Of a stretch of 64,000 nt of DNA, positions 19,606-30,700 are shown piece by piece (the first letter of the stretch is position 1; each line of letters opens with the position of its first letter). A program made the position numbers and the translations under genes. Origin of the DNA: an uncultured bacterium (GTDB lineage: Bacteria; Fidelibacterota; Marinisomatia; Marinisomatales; UBA1611); contig CBFIBM010000007.1 in NCBI GenBank assembly GCA_965660855.1, positions 1-64,000 on the forward strand, in the 5' to 3' direction. The notes under the pieces were generated by a model. That model did no database searches. It was not told the origin of the DNA and worked only from the letters and a program-made list of their open reading frames with translations.

Positions 19606-22600
19606 AAAATTTTATCACTATAATTATTTTTTCTTTTTTTAGCTCAATATTAATAGGGCAAGTATTATTAGAAACTGACTTTGATAATGGAAATCTTCCA
19701 AGCAATTGGTATTTTGATCCTGTGCCACCATATTCACCCGCAAATAGAGGTGAATGGACAGTGTCTTCAAGTTCCTCTAGTTTTAATACGGATCCTCCTT
19801 CTGCTACTTATAATTGGAACCCTGCTAGTAGTAGCGGATTTGCTAATTATTCAGAACACTATCTTTATTCTGAAATTATTAATGTATCAGATCCAACATA
19901 TGCTTTAGTTCAATTTCAAATAGCTTTGGATGGTTATTCTACACCTCCAAACCATTATAATGGGATGAAAGTTGAGTATAGCAGTGATGGGAATTCGTGG
20001 TTTACTGTATTAGAATATCAGATTAGTAATGCAAGTGGAGCAACAGTTGATATTTTACCAAGAACAGATGAATTTTATGTAACGATGGATAATACCCTAC
20101 AAATTCGTTGGGAAACGTATGGTACAAATTCTTATCACATAGATCGTTGGCACATTGACAATATAAAAGTAACTGCTATTCCATCAATAGACCAAAATGG
20201 ATCTGCAACAATAAGTTCAAATAACCTTGATGACTCACAGAAAGCGATACCTGGAGATGTTGTTACACTTGCATTTACAGTACCTACAGATTTAGCTGAT
20301 GGTACAGAGCCATTTGTTTTGATAAACTCCGCTGAGGCTATAGTAACAAATATTTCTGGACGCAATTTTAGTGCTGAATATACCGTTCCAGAGGATGCTT
20401 CAGATGGACCAATTTCTTTTTCTATTGACTTTACAACAGCAAGTAATATCCCAGGTCCAACTTGCAGAAATACAACAGACTATACAAATGTATTAATAGA
20501 TGTTACTGGTCCTGTTTCACCCACTGTAACAGTCAATACTGTAGTATTAGGCGGTAATGTTTTCTCAGGAATTTGGAATTCAACAAATGAAAATGTTCAA
20601 GTAGAAGTTGAAGTTCCTAGTGATACAACAGTTGTTGCATTTAATTATGAGACAGGTCAATCAGTAGATATGGTAGGCTCTAATAGCCTTTTAAATATTC
20701 CATCTAATATCATTTACAACGTAACTAATGAATTCACTTTTGAAACATATATTAAAGTTAATTCAGCTACAGATTATCAAGGATTTTTAGATTTTGGTCA
20801 ATATAGTGGATTTACACAAAAAGGATTTGGTGCATTTTTATATGGAGGGGGTTGGAGGTTTTTTTTAAAAACAACAGGACTAGCAAGTGGACTAAGTGAT
20901 ATAGAGCACTTACAGGCATCTGCTCCTATAGATACATGGGTACATTTTGCAATTACGTTTGAAAATAGCACTTTAAAGTTATATCGAAATGGAATATTAA
21001 TAGGTTCAAAAAGTGATTATACGGGGAATGTAGATTGGGGTGGATTTTCAGATAATTTAATTTTAGGATCATTTGATAGTGGTTCAGGAACAAGTTATTT
21101 TGATGGAAAAATTGATGAAGTACGTTTTTGGAATATTGCACGAACAGAGAATGAAATAAAAGCATATAAAAATGTTGGTTTAAATGGTGATGAAACAGGA
21201 TTAATTGGTTATTGGCGCCTTGATGAGCTTTCAGGTTCAGTTGCGACTGATTTATCAGTTACAAATAACCCTGGAGCATTAGTTAATGGAGCAAGTTTTG
21301 TTCAAGACTCCTACTTTTTATTTCAGGAAGATTCACTAAACACTCTTTCTATAATTGGATCAAAATTTCAAATATTAAGCAAGATATCTGGGAATCCATA
21401 TGAGTTAATTGGAGATAAAATCACTATTACCGCTGATGATTTAGCGGCGCAAAAGATGAATCTTTCAGCAACCGCGGATCAATTTCAATCTTTGACAGGG
21501 TTTGGACATAACCTTAGTACTGAATTTTCTGCCCGATTGTTTGATCAATCTGGTAACTTCGCAGATGGAAATACTAGTGCGACCACTTTAAATATAGACA
21601 TAATCGCAGGCCCTCCATCTACTATTTCTATATCTTCAAATAATACCTATACACATCTTGCAAAGACAGGTGATCAGATAACCCTCAATATGAGTTTTGA
21701 TGAGGATGTTAATTTACCAGAGGTTTTAATTGAAGGTAATTCGAGTACTGAATCGGATCTAGGATCTGAATCTTTTAACTCAATTTATGTTCTTAGCGGC
21801 GCTGAGCCTGAGGGAAATATAGAATTTGATCTTACGGTAATAGACTATCTTGGAAATCAAAATTCATATAATTCTATAACAGATGGTTCTAATGTTTATT
21901 ATGATAAAACAAAACCAAATTTAGACATTGTTAGGATTGTAAGTAATAATCCCCATGATACAACATGGGCATCCAATGGTAATACAATAAGTTTATACTT
22001 TACTTCAAATGAAGATATTTCTAATACAGATTCAATACCGTCTGCTACAATATTAGGACAGAATTCATTAACAACTAATATTGGTTCCGATAACTGGAAG
22101 GCAGCTTATATAACAACAAACACCGATCAAGAAGGTGAGGTGGATTTTGAAATTACTTTTCATGACTTAGCTGGGAATAAAGGGGATATTGTCTCTTCAT
22201 CTACTGTTGATAATAATAGCAAAGTAATATATGATCGTACAACTCCTTCAGATTTTACTCTTGGAACCATAACATCAATGGGTGGAAATATTATTGATAA
22301 TGTTTGGAATTCAACAAATAATAACTTAGAAGTAATTGTACCAATAGAAAATGATACAACTCTTAAACAGGGATGGGTGCAAATTCGTGCAAAAATTGGT
22401 TCAAATAGTATGGAGGATTTTGGAGCAATCTCAGAAATTGAAGAAGAAGATATTTCAGGACAAAAAAGTTTGATTTTTTCTGCACTTGAGGTTGAAGGTA
22501 TTACGGGTTTTAACGATAATGATACTATTGTTTTTAACGCTATTCTTTATGATCGACCAGGAAATCAAAAGGTTGGTGATGAGAGTTTAAATAGGTTTGA

Positions 22601-25600
22601 GATCGATCAAATTTCACCATCTATTAATTACGTATCATATAAATCAAATTTCACAGACACTACACTAGCAACTATTGGCGATGAAATAACTTTGTCTTTA
22701 AAAACGAATGAAGATATACAACAACCTTCTGTAACTATCTCGGGTAATAACGCGAATGTAACAGGAAGTGGTGCATCATGGGAAGCAAGCTATATTATGC
22801 AAGAAAGTGACCCAGATGGCTTGATACCTTTTGAGATTAGCATAATCAATGATGTGAAAGGAAATCCTTCTAGTGATGTAACCGTTACCACAACAAATTC
22901 TTCAGCTGTAGTCTTTGATAAAACAAAACCGACTCTTGACTTTATACGAATTTTTTCTGATAATAGTGATACAACATGGGCTAAAATAGGGGACAGTGTA
23001 TTTATTCAATTCAAATCTAATGAATTATTAACACAAAGTAGTGCTTTAATATCATCAGCATCCGCAGAGGTAATTTCTCTTGGGTCACAAAAATATTTAG
23101 CAAAATATGAAATGCAATCTACTGATCAGGAAGGAGATATTTCTTTTGAAGTGAGCTTCATAGACAGTGTAGGTATCGCGGGTGATTTAGTCACGGAAAC
23201 ATCCAATAGCTCAAATGTAATTTTTGATAAAACAATTCCCCTCTTAGAGTATGTGCATATTGAATCAAATAATTTGAATAATAGTTTAATAGCAATAACA
23301 GGAGATGATGTTTATTTGACTTTTCGTCCTCTATCAACGGACCCAATTCTTTTAGACTCTATTGCAGTTACAATATCCGGTCAAGATGCAACTGTTAATC
23401 AAAATGGGGATACTTACTCGGCGACTATTCCAATTACAGAATCAATACCGGGTGGATTTATTACTTATACAATAGATTTTGTTGATCGAGCTGGAAATAG
23501 GGGAAATCAGGTAAATGTCACCACAGATGATAGTTATGTCAATCATGATATTGTCCCTCCAAGTATTGATTCAGTTTCAATATATTCTAATAATTTATTT
23601 ACAGATTGGGCAAAAGTAGGTGATTTAGTATTTATTGAATTTTTTGCAAATGAGCAATTAGGATCAATGAATATAAGTATCCTGGGATTAGGAGTTGATG
23701 CTTCAGATATTGAATTTAATGGATTAACTGAAAACAACTTAGCTTGGTATGTTGGTAAGAGAGAAATGAATGATGCTGATGAAGAAGGGCTGATAACTTT
23801 TAATATTGATTATCAAGACCTTGGAGGTGTTACAGGACCATCAGCATCACAAACAACAAATAATAGCTATGTAAAATTTGACAAGAACTTACCGGTTGTA
23901 AATAATATCAGAGTATCCTCAAATAATGAAATTAGTGAGACTCTTGCTGCAATTGGAGACGTTGATTCTATCTTTTTCACTTTGAGTGAAAGCTATAGAG
24001 AACTACAAGTATTCATCCAAGGATCTCCAGTTAATTCAGTAAATACTGGAATATTATCTTTTTATGCAATTAAAGAGATGACTCAGGATGATCTAAACGG
24101 TCTTATAACATTTGAGATTGTCGCGAATGATTCTGCTGGAAATAGCTCTGGAAGTATTACGCAAACTAATGACGCTTCTACTGTATTATTTGATGGTACT
24201 ATACCAACGTTGCAAATGGTTTCTTTTTATTCTTCAAATGAAATCAATGAAGAACTTGCAATTGTTGGAGACATTTTAAATTTAGATTTTATTTCAAGCG
24301 AGTATTTAAGTTCAAATTCTATTTTAATTGCAGGTTTTCCAGCTGATGATGTTAGTGAAATTGAAAACAACACTTATAGAGCTTGGAGGACTCTTGATGG
24401 ATCAGAAACTCAAGGATTCATTCCATTTAATATTCAATTTTCTGATACAGTAGGAAATGCAGGGATTGAGGTTAATAGCACAACTGATAATTCATCAATA
24501 TTATTTGATATGACACCACCATCAATTATTGAGTTAGACACTGCTTATGTAAGCGGAGGTAACGTAGTTAAAGATTATTGGAATTTATCAAACCAAAGTA
24601 TTTTTCTGGAAATTTTAGTTACAGGTGATTCCACCCTTTTTGATGGAAAAATTCAGCCTTTGATCCAGTTTGATTTGGGAGGCTATGATTATATTGGTAA
24701 TGAGCAAACAATTAATCTTAACGATAGTGTAAAAGTATTAGAGCTTTCCAGAAGTTTAATTATTCAAATGAGTGAATATGGTGAGGGGAAAAATATTTCA
24801 TTTAAGTATTTAATTTGGGATAAAGCAGGGAATCAGTCAGAGTGCTTAACTGATAATACGATTTTTCATATCGATGAAATTATTCCGACTACGGAATTAG
24901 ATACATTGTATTCAAATAATGAATTAAGCGCAGATTGGGCTACTGTATCAGACTCCATATTTATTTCTTTTTCCTCGAACGAAGGATTATATAATCCAAT
25001 AACCATATTATTATCAGATACATTAGTAAATAATGATAGCCAGGGAGGAAAGTTTTGGTTAGCAAATAACGTTGTCGAAGAAATGGATCCGAACGGGGAA
25101 ATAAATTTTTATTTTTCCTTTTCGGATACAGCTGGAAATTTTAGTGAAGTAGTAATTGATAATTCACTATCGAGTGTAGCTATAGATAAAAGTAACCCAA
25201 TTATTACAAATCTCTTAGTTGGAGAAAATAATCAAAACCTTAGTTATTTTAACAAAAGTGATTCTTTAACTCTCTATTGGGAACATAATGATTCATTATC
25301 TGGAATAAAAGAAGTCTACTTTGGTTTAGGATCAGAAAATAATAGTACAGATATAGTGAACTGGACATCTTCGGTTGGAAATAATATAGCGGGATTAGGA
25401 AGTTTGAATTTAATTAATGAATCTGTTTATTATGGTGGAGTTTTTGTGCGTGATTCAGCTGGGAATTATTCTGATACTATTTGGAACAGTGGAATCACCA
25501 TAGATACCCAAATTCCTGATACAGGATTGATAAATGATGGGAATTGGATAATTGATTTAGATTATACTTTAGATTCAACAAAATTACTTTATACTTACAA

Positions 25601-26975
25601 TGGTTTTTTGGATAATATAGATATTTTACATTATGAAATTGCTGTAGGGACAAATAATGATACGACAAATATTCTTGATTGGGTGATTACTGATAGTACT
25701 GGCCAAACTACTTTATTCGGTTTTGACTTAGATAGAGATACTCTTTATTATAGCTATATACGTGGCGTTGATCTTGCATTCAATCGATCAGAGACGGTAA
25801 GAACTGATGGGATTTATTTTGATGATTCTGAACCTAAAGTTCAAGAATTATCTCCAAATTTTATTGACTCTTTAAAAGTACTTTCAGTTTTAAGAGGAGA
25901 TACGATAGAAATAAAATTTAACCGTTTAATTTACTTTTATGATATAGATATTAAGCTAAATAATGAGACTAATTTTGATGTACAAGAAGTATTTACTGAC
26001 TCAGCTATAACCCTTATTTGGGATGAACCGCTAGCTAGTGATGATACAGTCATTGTTTATTTAGATAGTGCACTGGCATATAATACACTTTTCTTTTCAG
26101 ACACATTATATTTTCATAGTCAATTATGGGGGGATTTAAATAATGACCATGATTTAACCTTGGAAGATATATTAATATTTAATAATAATTGGCCTAATAT
26201 AGACTTGAGTCCTTTTGAAAATAACCCACCCCATGTTAAGCCAAAACCGGATGGTAATTCTGACCTCTCTGATTTAGTAGCATTTGCAAAAATGTGGCAG
26301 TGGAAATATTTTAATTTATCTTTTGATTCAAGTGAGTACTCATCAAGATTAGTTATAGACCATGAAGTTGAAGCTAGAGGAAACAAAGTTATATTTAAAG
26401 TTCCACAAAACAGTAAAATGGCAGAATTCTTAGTAGGTGAATCAAATATAAATATACTTGAAATGAAGATGAAAAAGCCAAATCCAGGATCATTTTTATT
26501 TCAATCTACCGACACATTGAATCAAATAACTCAATTTTCTATTGCAGACAAAAATGGATTAGACTCATTATTAATTATAACAATACCTGATACAGAATCA
26601 GATGTTTTATCTTGCAAAGTGCAATATAAATACTTGGATAATGAAGGATATGAACTAGATAGGGGAATGTTGAACTTAAATGTAGATATTTTACCCGATA
26701 AATTTTTTGTAACAGATAATTATCCAAATCCATTTAATTCAACAACGGTTATAAAATATGAAATTCCTGATATATTAGATGTAAATATTCAAATTTATGA
26801 TGTTTTAGGTCGTAATATATATAATTCAAAAAAAGAGAAGCTTAATCCTGGTAGATATCAATTCACATGGGAGGGAATAAATGAATTAGGACTAAAAGTA
26901 AGTACAGGTATATATTTTCTGCAGATACAAGCTGGGAAAAATCTACACTCACAAAAATTATTATTATTGAAATAA
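19602..26975 (+). CDS. giant secreted repeat protein (LamG, about 13 Ig-like repeats, FN3-like, dockerin-like, T9SS/FlgD-type CTD)
   Basis: Signal peptide. LamG W.H.A.T..LYRNG..FDGKIDEVRFWN. Ten SNN..A..GD repeats. WGDLNNDHDLTLED. NYPNPFN...STGIYF...KLLLLK. Confidence 0.85.
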   Translation: MKNFITIIIFSFFSSILIGQVLLETDFDNGNLPSNWYFDPVPPYSPANRGEWTVSSSSSSFNTDPPSATYNWNPASSSGFANYSEHYLYSEIINVSDPTYALVQFQIALDGYSTPPNHYNGMKVEYSSDGNSWFTVLEYQISNASGATVDILPRTDEFYVTMDNTLQIRWETYGTNSYHIDRWHIDNIKVTAIPSIDQNGSATISSNNLDDSQKAIPGDVVTLAFTVPTDLADGTEPFVLINSAEAIVTNISGRNFSAEYTVPEDASDGPISFSIDFTTASNIPGPTCRNTTDYTNVLIDVTGPVSPTVTVNTVVLGGNVFSGIWNSTNENVQVEVEVPSDTTVVAFNYETGQSVDMVGSNSLLNIPSNIIYNVTNEFTFETYIKVNSATDYQGFLDFGQYSGFTQKGFGAFLYGGGWRFFLKTTGLASGLSDIEHLQASAPIDTWVHFAITFENSTLKLYRNGILIGSKSDYTGNVDWGGFSDNLILGSFDSGSGTSYFDGKIDEVRFWNIARTENEIKAYKNVGLNGDETGLIGYWRLDELSGSVATDLSVTNNPGALVNGASFVQDSYFLFQEDSLNTLSIIGSKFQILSKISGNPYELIGDKITITADDLAAQKMNLSATADQFQSLTGFGHNLSTEFSARLFDQSGNFADGNTSATTLNIDIIAGPPSTISISSNNTYTHLAKTGDQITLNMSFDEDVNLPEVLIEGNSSTESDLGSESFNSIYVLSGAEPEGNIEFDLTVIDYLGNQNSYNSITDGSNVYYDKTKPNLDIVRIVSNNPHDTTWASNGNTISLYFTSNEDISNTDSIPSATILGQNSLTTNIGSDNWKAAYITTNTDQEGEVDFEITFHDLAGNKGDIVSSSTVDNNSKVIYDRTTPSDFTLGTITSMGGNIIDNVWNSTNNNLEVIVPIENDTTLKQGWVQIRAKIGSNSMEDFGAISEIEEEDISGQKSLIFSALEVEGITGFNDNDTIVFNAILYDRPGNQKVGDESLNRFEIDQISPSINYVSYKSNFTDTTLATIGDEITLSLKTNEDIQQPSVTISGNNANVTGSGASWEASYIMQESDPDGLIPFEISIINDVKGNPSSDVTVTTTNSSAVVFDKTKPTLDFIRIFSDNSDTTWAKIGDSVFIQFKSNELLTQSSALISSASAEVISLGSQKYLAKYEMQSTDQEGDISFEVSFIDSVGIAGDLVTETSNSSNVIFDKTIPLLEYVHIESNNLNNSLIAITGDDVYLTFRPLSTDPILLDSIAVTISGQDATVNQNGDTYSATIPITESIPGGFITYTIDFVDRAGNRGNQVNVTTDDSYVNHDIVPPSIDSVSIYSNNLFTDWAKVGDLVFIEFFANEQLGSMNISILGLGVDASDIEFNGLTENNLAWYVGKREMNDADEEGLITFNIDYQDLGGVTGPSASQTTNNSYVKFDKNLPVVNNIRVSSNNEISETLAAIGDVDSIFFTLSESYRELQVFIQGSPVNSVNTGILSFYAIKEMTQDDLNGLITFEIVANDSAGNSSGSITQTNDASTVLFDGTIPTLQMVSFYSSNEINEELAIVGDILNLDFISSEYLSSNSILIAGFPADDVSEIENNTYRAWRTLDGSETQGFIPFNIQFSDTVGNAGIEVNSTTDNSSILFDMTPPSIIELDTAYVSGGNVVKDYWNLSNQSIFLEILVTGDSTLFDGKIQPLIQFDLGGYDYIGNEQTINLNDSVKVLELSRSLIIQMSEYGEGKNISFKYLIWDKAGNQSECLTDNTIFHIDEIIPTTELDTLYSNNELSADWATVSDSIFISFSSNEGLYNPITILLSDTLVNNDSQGGKFWLANNVVEEMDPNGEINFYFSFSDTAGNFSEVVIDNSLSSVAIDKSNPIITNLLVGENNQNLSYFNKSDSLTLYWEHNDSLSGIKEVYFGLGSENNSTDIVNWTSSVGNNIAGLGSLNLINESVYYGGVFVRDSAGNYSDTIWNSGITIDTQIPDTGLINDGNWIIDLDYTLDSTKLLYTYNGFLDNIDILHYEIAVGTNNDTTNILDWVITDSTGQTTLFGFDLDRDTLYYSYIRGVDLAFNRSETVRTDGIYFDDSEPKVQELSPNFIDSLKVLSVLRGDTIEIKFNRLIYFYDIDIKLNNETNFDVQEVFTDSAITLIWDEPLASDDTVIVYLDSALAYNTLFFSDTLYFHSQLWGDLNNDHDLTLEDILIFNNNWPNIDLSPFENNPPHVKPKPDGNSDLSDLVAFAKMWQWKYFNLSFDSSEYSSRLVIDHEVEARGNKVIFKVPQNSKMAEFLVGESNINILEMKMKKPNPGSFLFQSTDTLNQITQFSIADKNGLDSLLIITIPDTESDVLSCKVQYKYLDNEGYELDRGMLNLNVDILPDKFFVTDNYPNPFNSTTVIKYEIPDILDVNIQIYDVLGRNIYNSKKEKLNPGRYQFTWEGINELGLKVSTGIYFLQIQAGKNLHSQKLLLLK

Positions 26976-26979
26976 TATT

Positions 26980-27627
26980 TTAAAAAAGAGGTTTTAATAC
27001 AGATATGGTACCATTTATCACAAATTGTACCGCAATAACAAGTAGAATTAAGCCCATTAATCTTTGTATTACTCTCATTCCAGTAGTTCCAAGCACTTTT
27101 ATTACAACGTCTCCATTTCGCAAAATAAAATAAACTAATAACAATACTAAGAATAAAGAAAGGACCACTGTTGCATAACTATATATTTGAGGTGTTTGGC
27201 TTGATAAAAGCATAACAGCTGTTATCGCGCCAGGACCTGCAATTAAGGGTATTCCTATTGGGCTAATTGCAATATCTTCACTTTCAAAAGATTCTTCTCG
27301 CTCGGCAGGTGTAGTCCTTGACCTACCAACTTTTGCTTCTAACATCCTTAGCCCATTCCTGAAAAATAAGATTCCTCCCATAATCTGAAATGCTTCTAAA
27401 GTAATACTAAAAAATTTAAAAATTACAGAGCCCAATATTGAAAAAATAATAAGGGTATAAAATGCGGTTAGAGAACCTTTCTTTGCTATTTTGATTCTCT
27501 CTTCTTTAGAAAACCTTTCGGTCATTACAACTAATAATGGCGCAATCCCCAAAGGATTTATTAAGGTAAAAACCGTTGTTAAGCTAAAAATAAAAAATTG
27601 AGATTCTGATCTAATCAAATCTAACAT
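26980..27627 (-). CDS. MarC family membrane protein
   Basis: INPLG, PIGIPLIAGPGAI, RLMGLIL. Confidence 0.92.
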   Translation of the reverse strand: MLDLIRSESQFFIFSLTTVFTLINPLGIAPLLVVMTERFSKEERIKIAKKGSLTAFYTLIIFSILGSVIFKFFSITLEAFQIMGGILFFRNGLRMLEAKVGRSRTTPAEREESFESEDIAISPIGIPLIAGPGAITAVMLLSSQTPQIYSYATVVLSLFLVLLLVYFILRNGDVVIKVLGTTGMRVIQRLMGLILLVIAVQFVINGTISVLKPLF

Positions 27628-27628
27628 T

Positions 27629-29263
27629 TTACATTCTTTCTGGAGCTGAAACGCCTAATATAGTTAGTCCATTTTTTAGAACTATTTTAACAGCCTTTAT
27701 TAGAGCCATCCTAGATTTTGATTTATCAATATCATCAGATAATACTCTACAGTTACCATAAAACTTATGAAATTTAGTTGCAAGCCCTTGTAAATAGTTC
27801 GCAATATTTTGAGGCTCAAAATTTGCATACGAAAGGTTTATATATTCTGGAAATCGGATTAAATATTTTAATAAGTTAATTTCATCAATATCTGATAAAA
27901 TATGTGGTTTAAAATTTTCATTAAAACTTATATTTGATTCTTTTCCTCTTTTTATAATATTAGATATTCTGGCGTAAGCATATTGTAAATAAAAAACTGG
28001 ATTTTTATCCGATTGGTCAGCAGCTAAATCAAGATCAAAATCTAAATGAGTATTCATACTTCGCATAACAAAAAAATAACGCACAACATCTAAACCTACT
28101 TCATCCACTAAAGAGTCCAGTGTGATAAAATTAGCTTTTCTAGTAGACATTTTTACCTTTTCACCTTTTTTGATTAGTGTGACAAATTGATAAAGTAAAA
28201 CTTTTATATGTTCTGTATTATAGGAAAGAGCATCTAGAGCTAATAAAACATCGGGATAAGTGTCAGCGTGGTCAGCGCCAAAGACATCAACAATTAGGTC
28301 ATAATTTCGTTCAATTTTATTTTTATGGTATGCTGTATCAGGCAATCGATAAGTTGGCTCGCCAGTACTTTTTATGTACACTCTATCTTTTTCATTGCCT
28401 AAAGAAGTTGTCCTAAACCAAGTAGCATTATCTTTCTCATAAATAAGTTTTTTGCGTTTAAGGTCTTTTAACAACTTTTTAATATCACCATTTTCATAAA
28501 ATGTTTTTTCATTAGTAAAAGTATCAAAAGTGATACCTAAGTTTTTTAAAGATATTTTTATTTCTTTAAATATAGATTTTTCAGCATACTTTGTAAAATC
28601 TGATAAATCCAAATTATTTTTTTTATCCTTTTCATTTAAAATCTTTTTTGCAATATTATTAATATAAGCGCCTTGGTAGCCATCATCTGGAAAAGAAAAT
28701 TTATTACCCAGTAATTCATCATAACGAGCTTTTACAGATTGGCCAAGAATACGCATTTGTCTTCCTGCATCATTAAAATAATATTCCCTAGTAACTTTAT
28801 AACCTTGCCATTCTAAAATATTTGAGACAACATCTCCTAATATTGCATTTCTTCCATGTCCAATTGTTAATGGCCCTGTAGGGTTTGCACTCACAAATTC
28901 TACATTTGCAGTTTTTCCATCTCCATAATTACCTTTACCATAATTTTCATTTTTTATTAAAATAGTTTTAATCTGATCTTGAAAATATTTGTTTTTTATT
29001 TTAAAGTTAATGAATCCAGGTTTTGTTATAGAGGTTTGACTAATAAAAACAGGTAGTTCTTTAGAAAAATTATCAATGATATTTTTGCCAATATCCATTG
29101 GGTTCTTTTTCAAGTCTTTCGCAATTACTAATGAGATGTTTGTAGATAAATCCCCAAAATTTTCATTTTTTGATGGTGTTATTGTAAAGGTTTTTATTGG
29201 GAATGAAAGTTCAGATAAGCTTTCTAAAATTTTTTTATGAATTAAGTTTTTTAATTCATTCAT
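27629..29263 (-). CDS. argS: arginine--tRNA ligase
   Basis: EFVSANPTGPLTIGHGR, GADH, KMSTR, YLQYAYARI, APERM. Start set at ATG 29263. Confidence 0.97.
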   Translation of the reverse strand: MNELKNLIHKKILESLSELSFPIKTFTITPSKNENFGDLSTNISLVIAKDLKKNPMDIGKNIIDNFSKELPVFISQTSITKPGFINFKIKNKYFQDQIKTILIKNENYGKGNYGDGKTANVEFVSANPTGPLTIGHGRNAILGDVVSNILEWQGYKVTREYYFNDAGRQMRILGQSVKARYDELLGNKFSFPDDGYQGAYINNIAKKILNEKDKKNNLDLSDFTKYAEKSIFKEIKISLKNLGITFDTFTNEKTFYENGDIKKLLKDLKRKKLIYEKDNATWFRTTSLGNEKDRVYIKSTGEPTYRLPDTAYHKNKIERNYDLIVDVFGADHADTYPDVLLALDALSYNTEHIKVLLYQFVTLIKKGEKVKMSTRKANFITLDSLVDEVGLDVVRYFFVMRSMNTHLDFDLDLAADQSDKNPVFYLQYAYARISNIIKRGKESNISFNENFKPHILSDIDEINLLKYLIRFPEYINLSYANFEPQNIANYLQGLATKFHKFYGNCRVLSDDIDKSKSRMALIKAVKIVLKNGLTILGVSAPERM

Positions 29264-29618
29264 TGTTAAATTTTTCAAAAGGGGCATCTGCCCATAAGCG
29301 ATCTAAAGAATAATATTCTCGATGATCTTTATTAAAAACATGAATAATAATATCAAAATAATCAATTAAAACCCAATTTTGTTTATCGTAGCCTTCTAAA
29401 TGTTTTGGTTTTTGTGGTGTTCCTTTTCTAATGCTATCTGTAATTGCTTTAACCTGGGGCTCTGAATTTCCATGACAAATAATCATATAGTCCGTAATTG
29501 ATGATAAGCCTCGAACATCTAGAATAACTAATTCCTCGGCTTTTTTATCAAGAGCTAAATTTACAATTTTTTTTAAGAGTATGTGATCTCCCACTAAACT
29601 CTTATGAGTTTTAGACAC
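29256..29618 (-). CDS. rsfS: ribosome silencing factor
   Basis: DKKAE, WVLIDY, R.YY.LDRLWADA. Confidence 0.93.
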   Translation of the reverse strand: MSKTHKSLVGDHILLKKIVNLALDKKAEELVILDVRGLSSITDYMIICHGNSEPQVKAITDSIRKGTPQKPKHLEGYDKQNWVLIDYFDIIIHVFNKDHREYYSLDRLWADAPFEKFNNE

Positions 29619-29621
29619 TTA

Positions 29622-30161
29622 TTATAATTTAGAGATGAAATTAAATAATTCTTTAAAGTCAACAATGTCTTTCCCAAGTATCACTGTGACATCAACACCT
29701 AAAGATTCATCCGGTTCATGTTTTATATTAGTCTTATTTTCAACTGATAGTCCTAAAGATTCAGCAACAATTTTTAAGCTTTCAAAATTTTCATTTCTGC
29801 CAATAATAGTAGTTTTCAAATAATCATACTTATCAGCATTATCAGACCTTACTACATCTACTTGTTGTTGTCTCAGAAAATCGGATGCTTTAGCTGCAAT
29901 TCCTTTTATACCACAACCATTTAAAACTTCTACTTTAATATCTTTAATAGGATTCTGCTCATATACTTCAATTGCAAGTCGTGGTTTTTCTTCTATTTCT
30001 GGAAATACAACATCAACCGGTATACCCTTATGAGAAACATTTTTATAGAATGAAAAAATGAAACCCAGTAGTAAAATACCTGCAATACTAATAGCACCGT
30101 TTAGGATTAAGTCATTATTTATAAGTTTAGAGTTCTTGAGTTTGTTTTTTTTTCGAGCCAT
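29622..30161 (-). CDS. LytR C-terminal domain protein
   Basis: TM helix; VEVLNGCGIKGIA; DVTVILGKD. Confidence 0.85.
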   Translation of the reverse strand: MARKKNKLKNSKLINNDLILNGAISIAGILLLGFIFSFYKNVSHKGIPVDVVFPEIEEKPRLAIEVYEQNPIKDIKVEVLNGCGIKGIAAKASDFLRQQQVDVVRSDNADKYDYLKTTIIGRNENFESLKIVAESLGLSVENKTNIKHEPDESLGVDVTVILGKDIVDFKELFNFISKL

Positions 30162-30635
30162 TTATTTTAATACAGAGCTGTTCATGTTTGAAAGATGGTT
30201 TTGATTAAGGTAATTAAATGGCATTCTTTGAATTCTAAACTGAATCAATGAATTTTCAGAAGGTTTGTAAGTCAAATCTGCATTGTAAGCGAAATCTAAA
30301 TTATTAAAGAAGGTGGATTGCTGTTGAAAAGGTAAATTTGATTTCATTAATGTAACATTAGCATTTAACCATAAATTATTTTTTATTTTATACATGATAT
30401 TGTTATTAAAACCCGCTACTGAAAAAGATTGACCATTAGAAGAAAGCATAGACATAGTTAGTCCATAATTATACTGAAAGTTATCTAGGTTAAAATCAAA
30501 TATGGAGTGATTATTATCTAACTCTCCATTTATGTTCGTAGGCAAAGTTTGAATAGGAAGATCTACTTGAAATTGTGCAAATAAAAATCCGCAAAGGATA
30601 CTTTTTGATAACAATATTTTTAATGTATTAATCAT
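30162..30635 (-). CDS. hypothetical secreted protein
   Basis: Signal-like N-terminus and beta-rich sequence; within the operon. Confidence 0.6.
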   Translation of the reverse strand: MINTLKILLSKSILCGFLFAQFQVDLPIQTLPTNINGELDNNHSIFDFNLDNFQYNYGLTMSMLSSNGQSFSVAGFNNNIMYKIKNNLWLNANVTLMKSNLPFQQQSTFFNNLDFAYNADLTYKPSENSLIQFRIQRMPFNYLNQNHLSNMNSSVLK

Positions 30636-30700
30636 AAATACTCACATAAGTTAAAACTTTTATACACATAAGTAAAAATTATAATTTTCATACCATTAAT

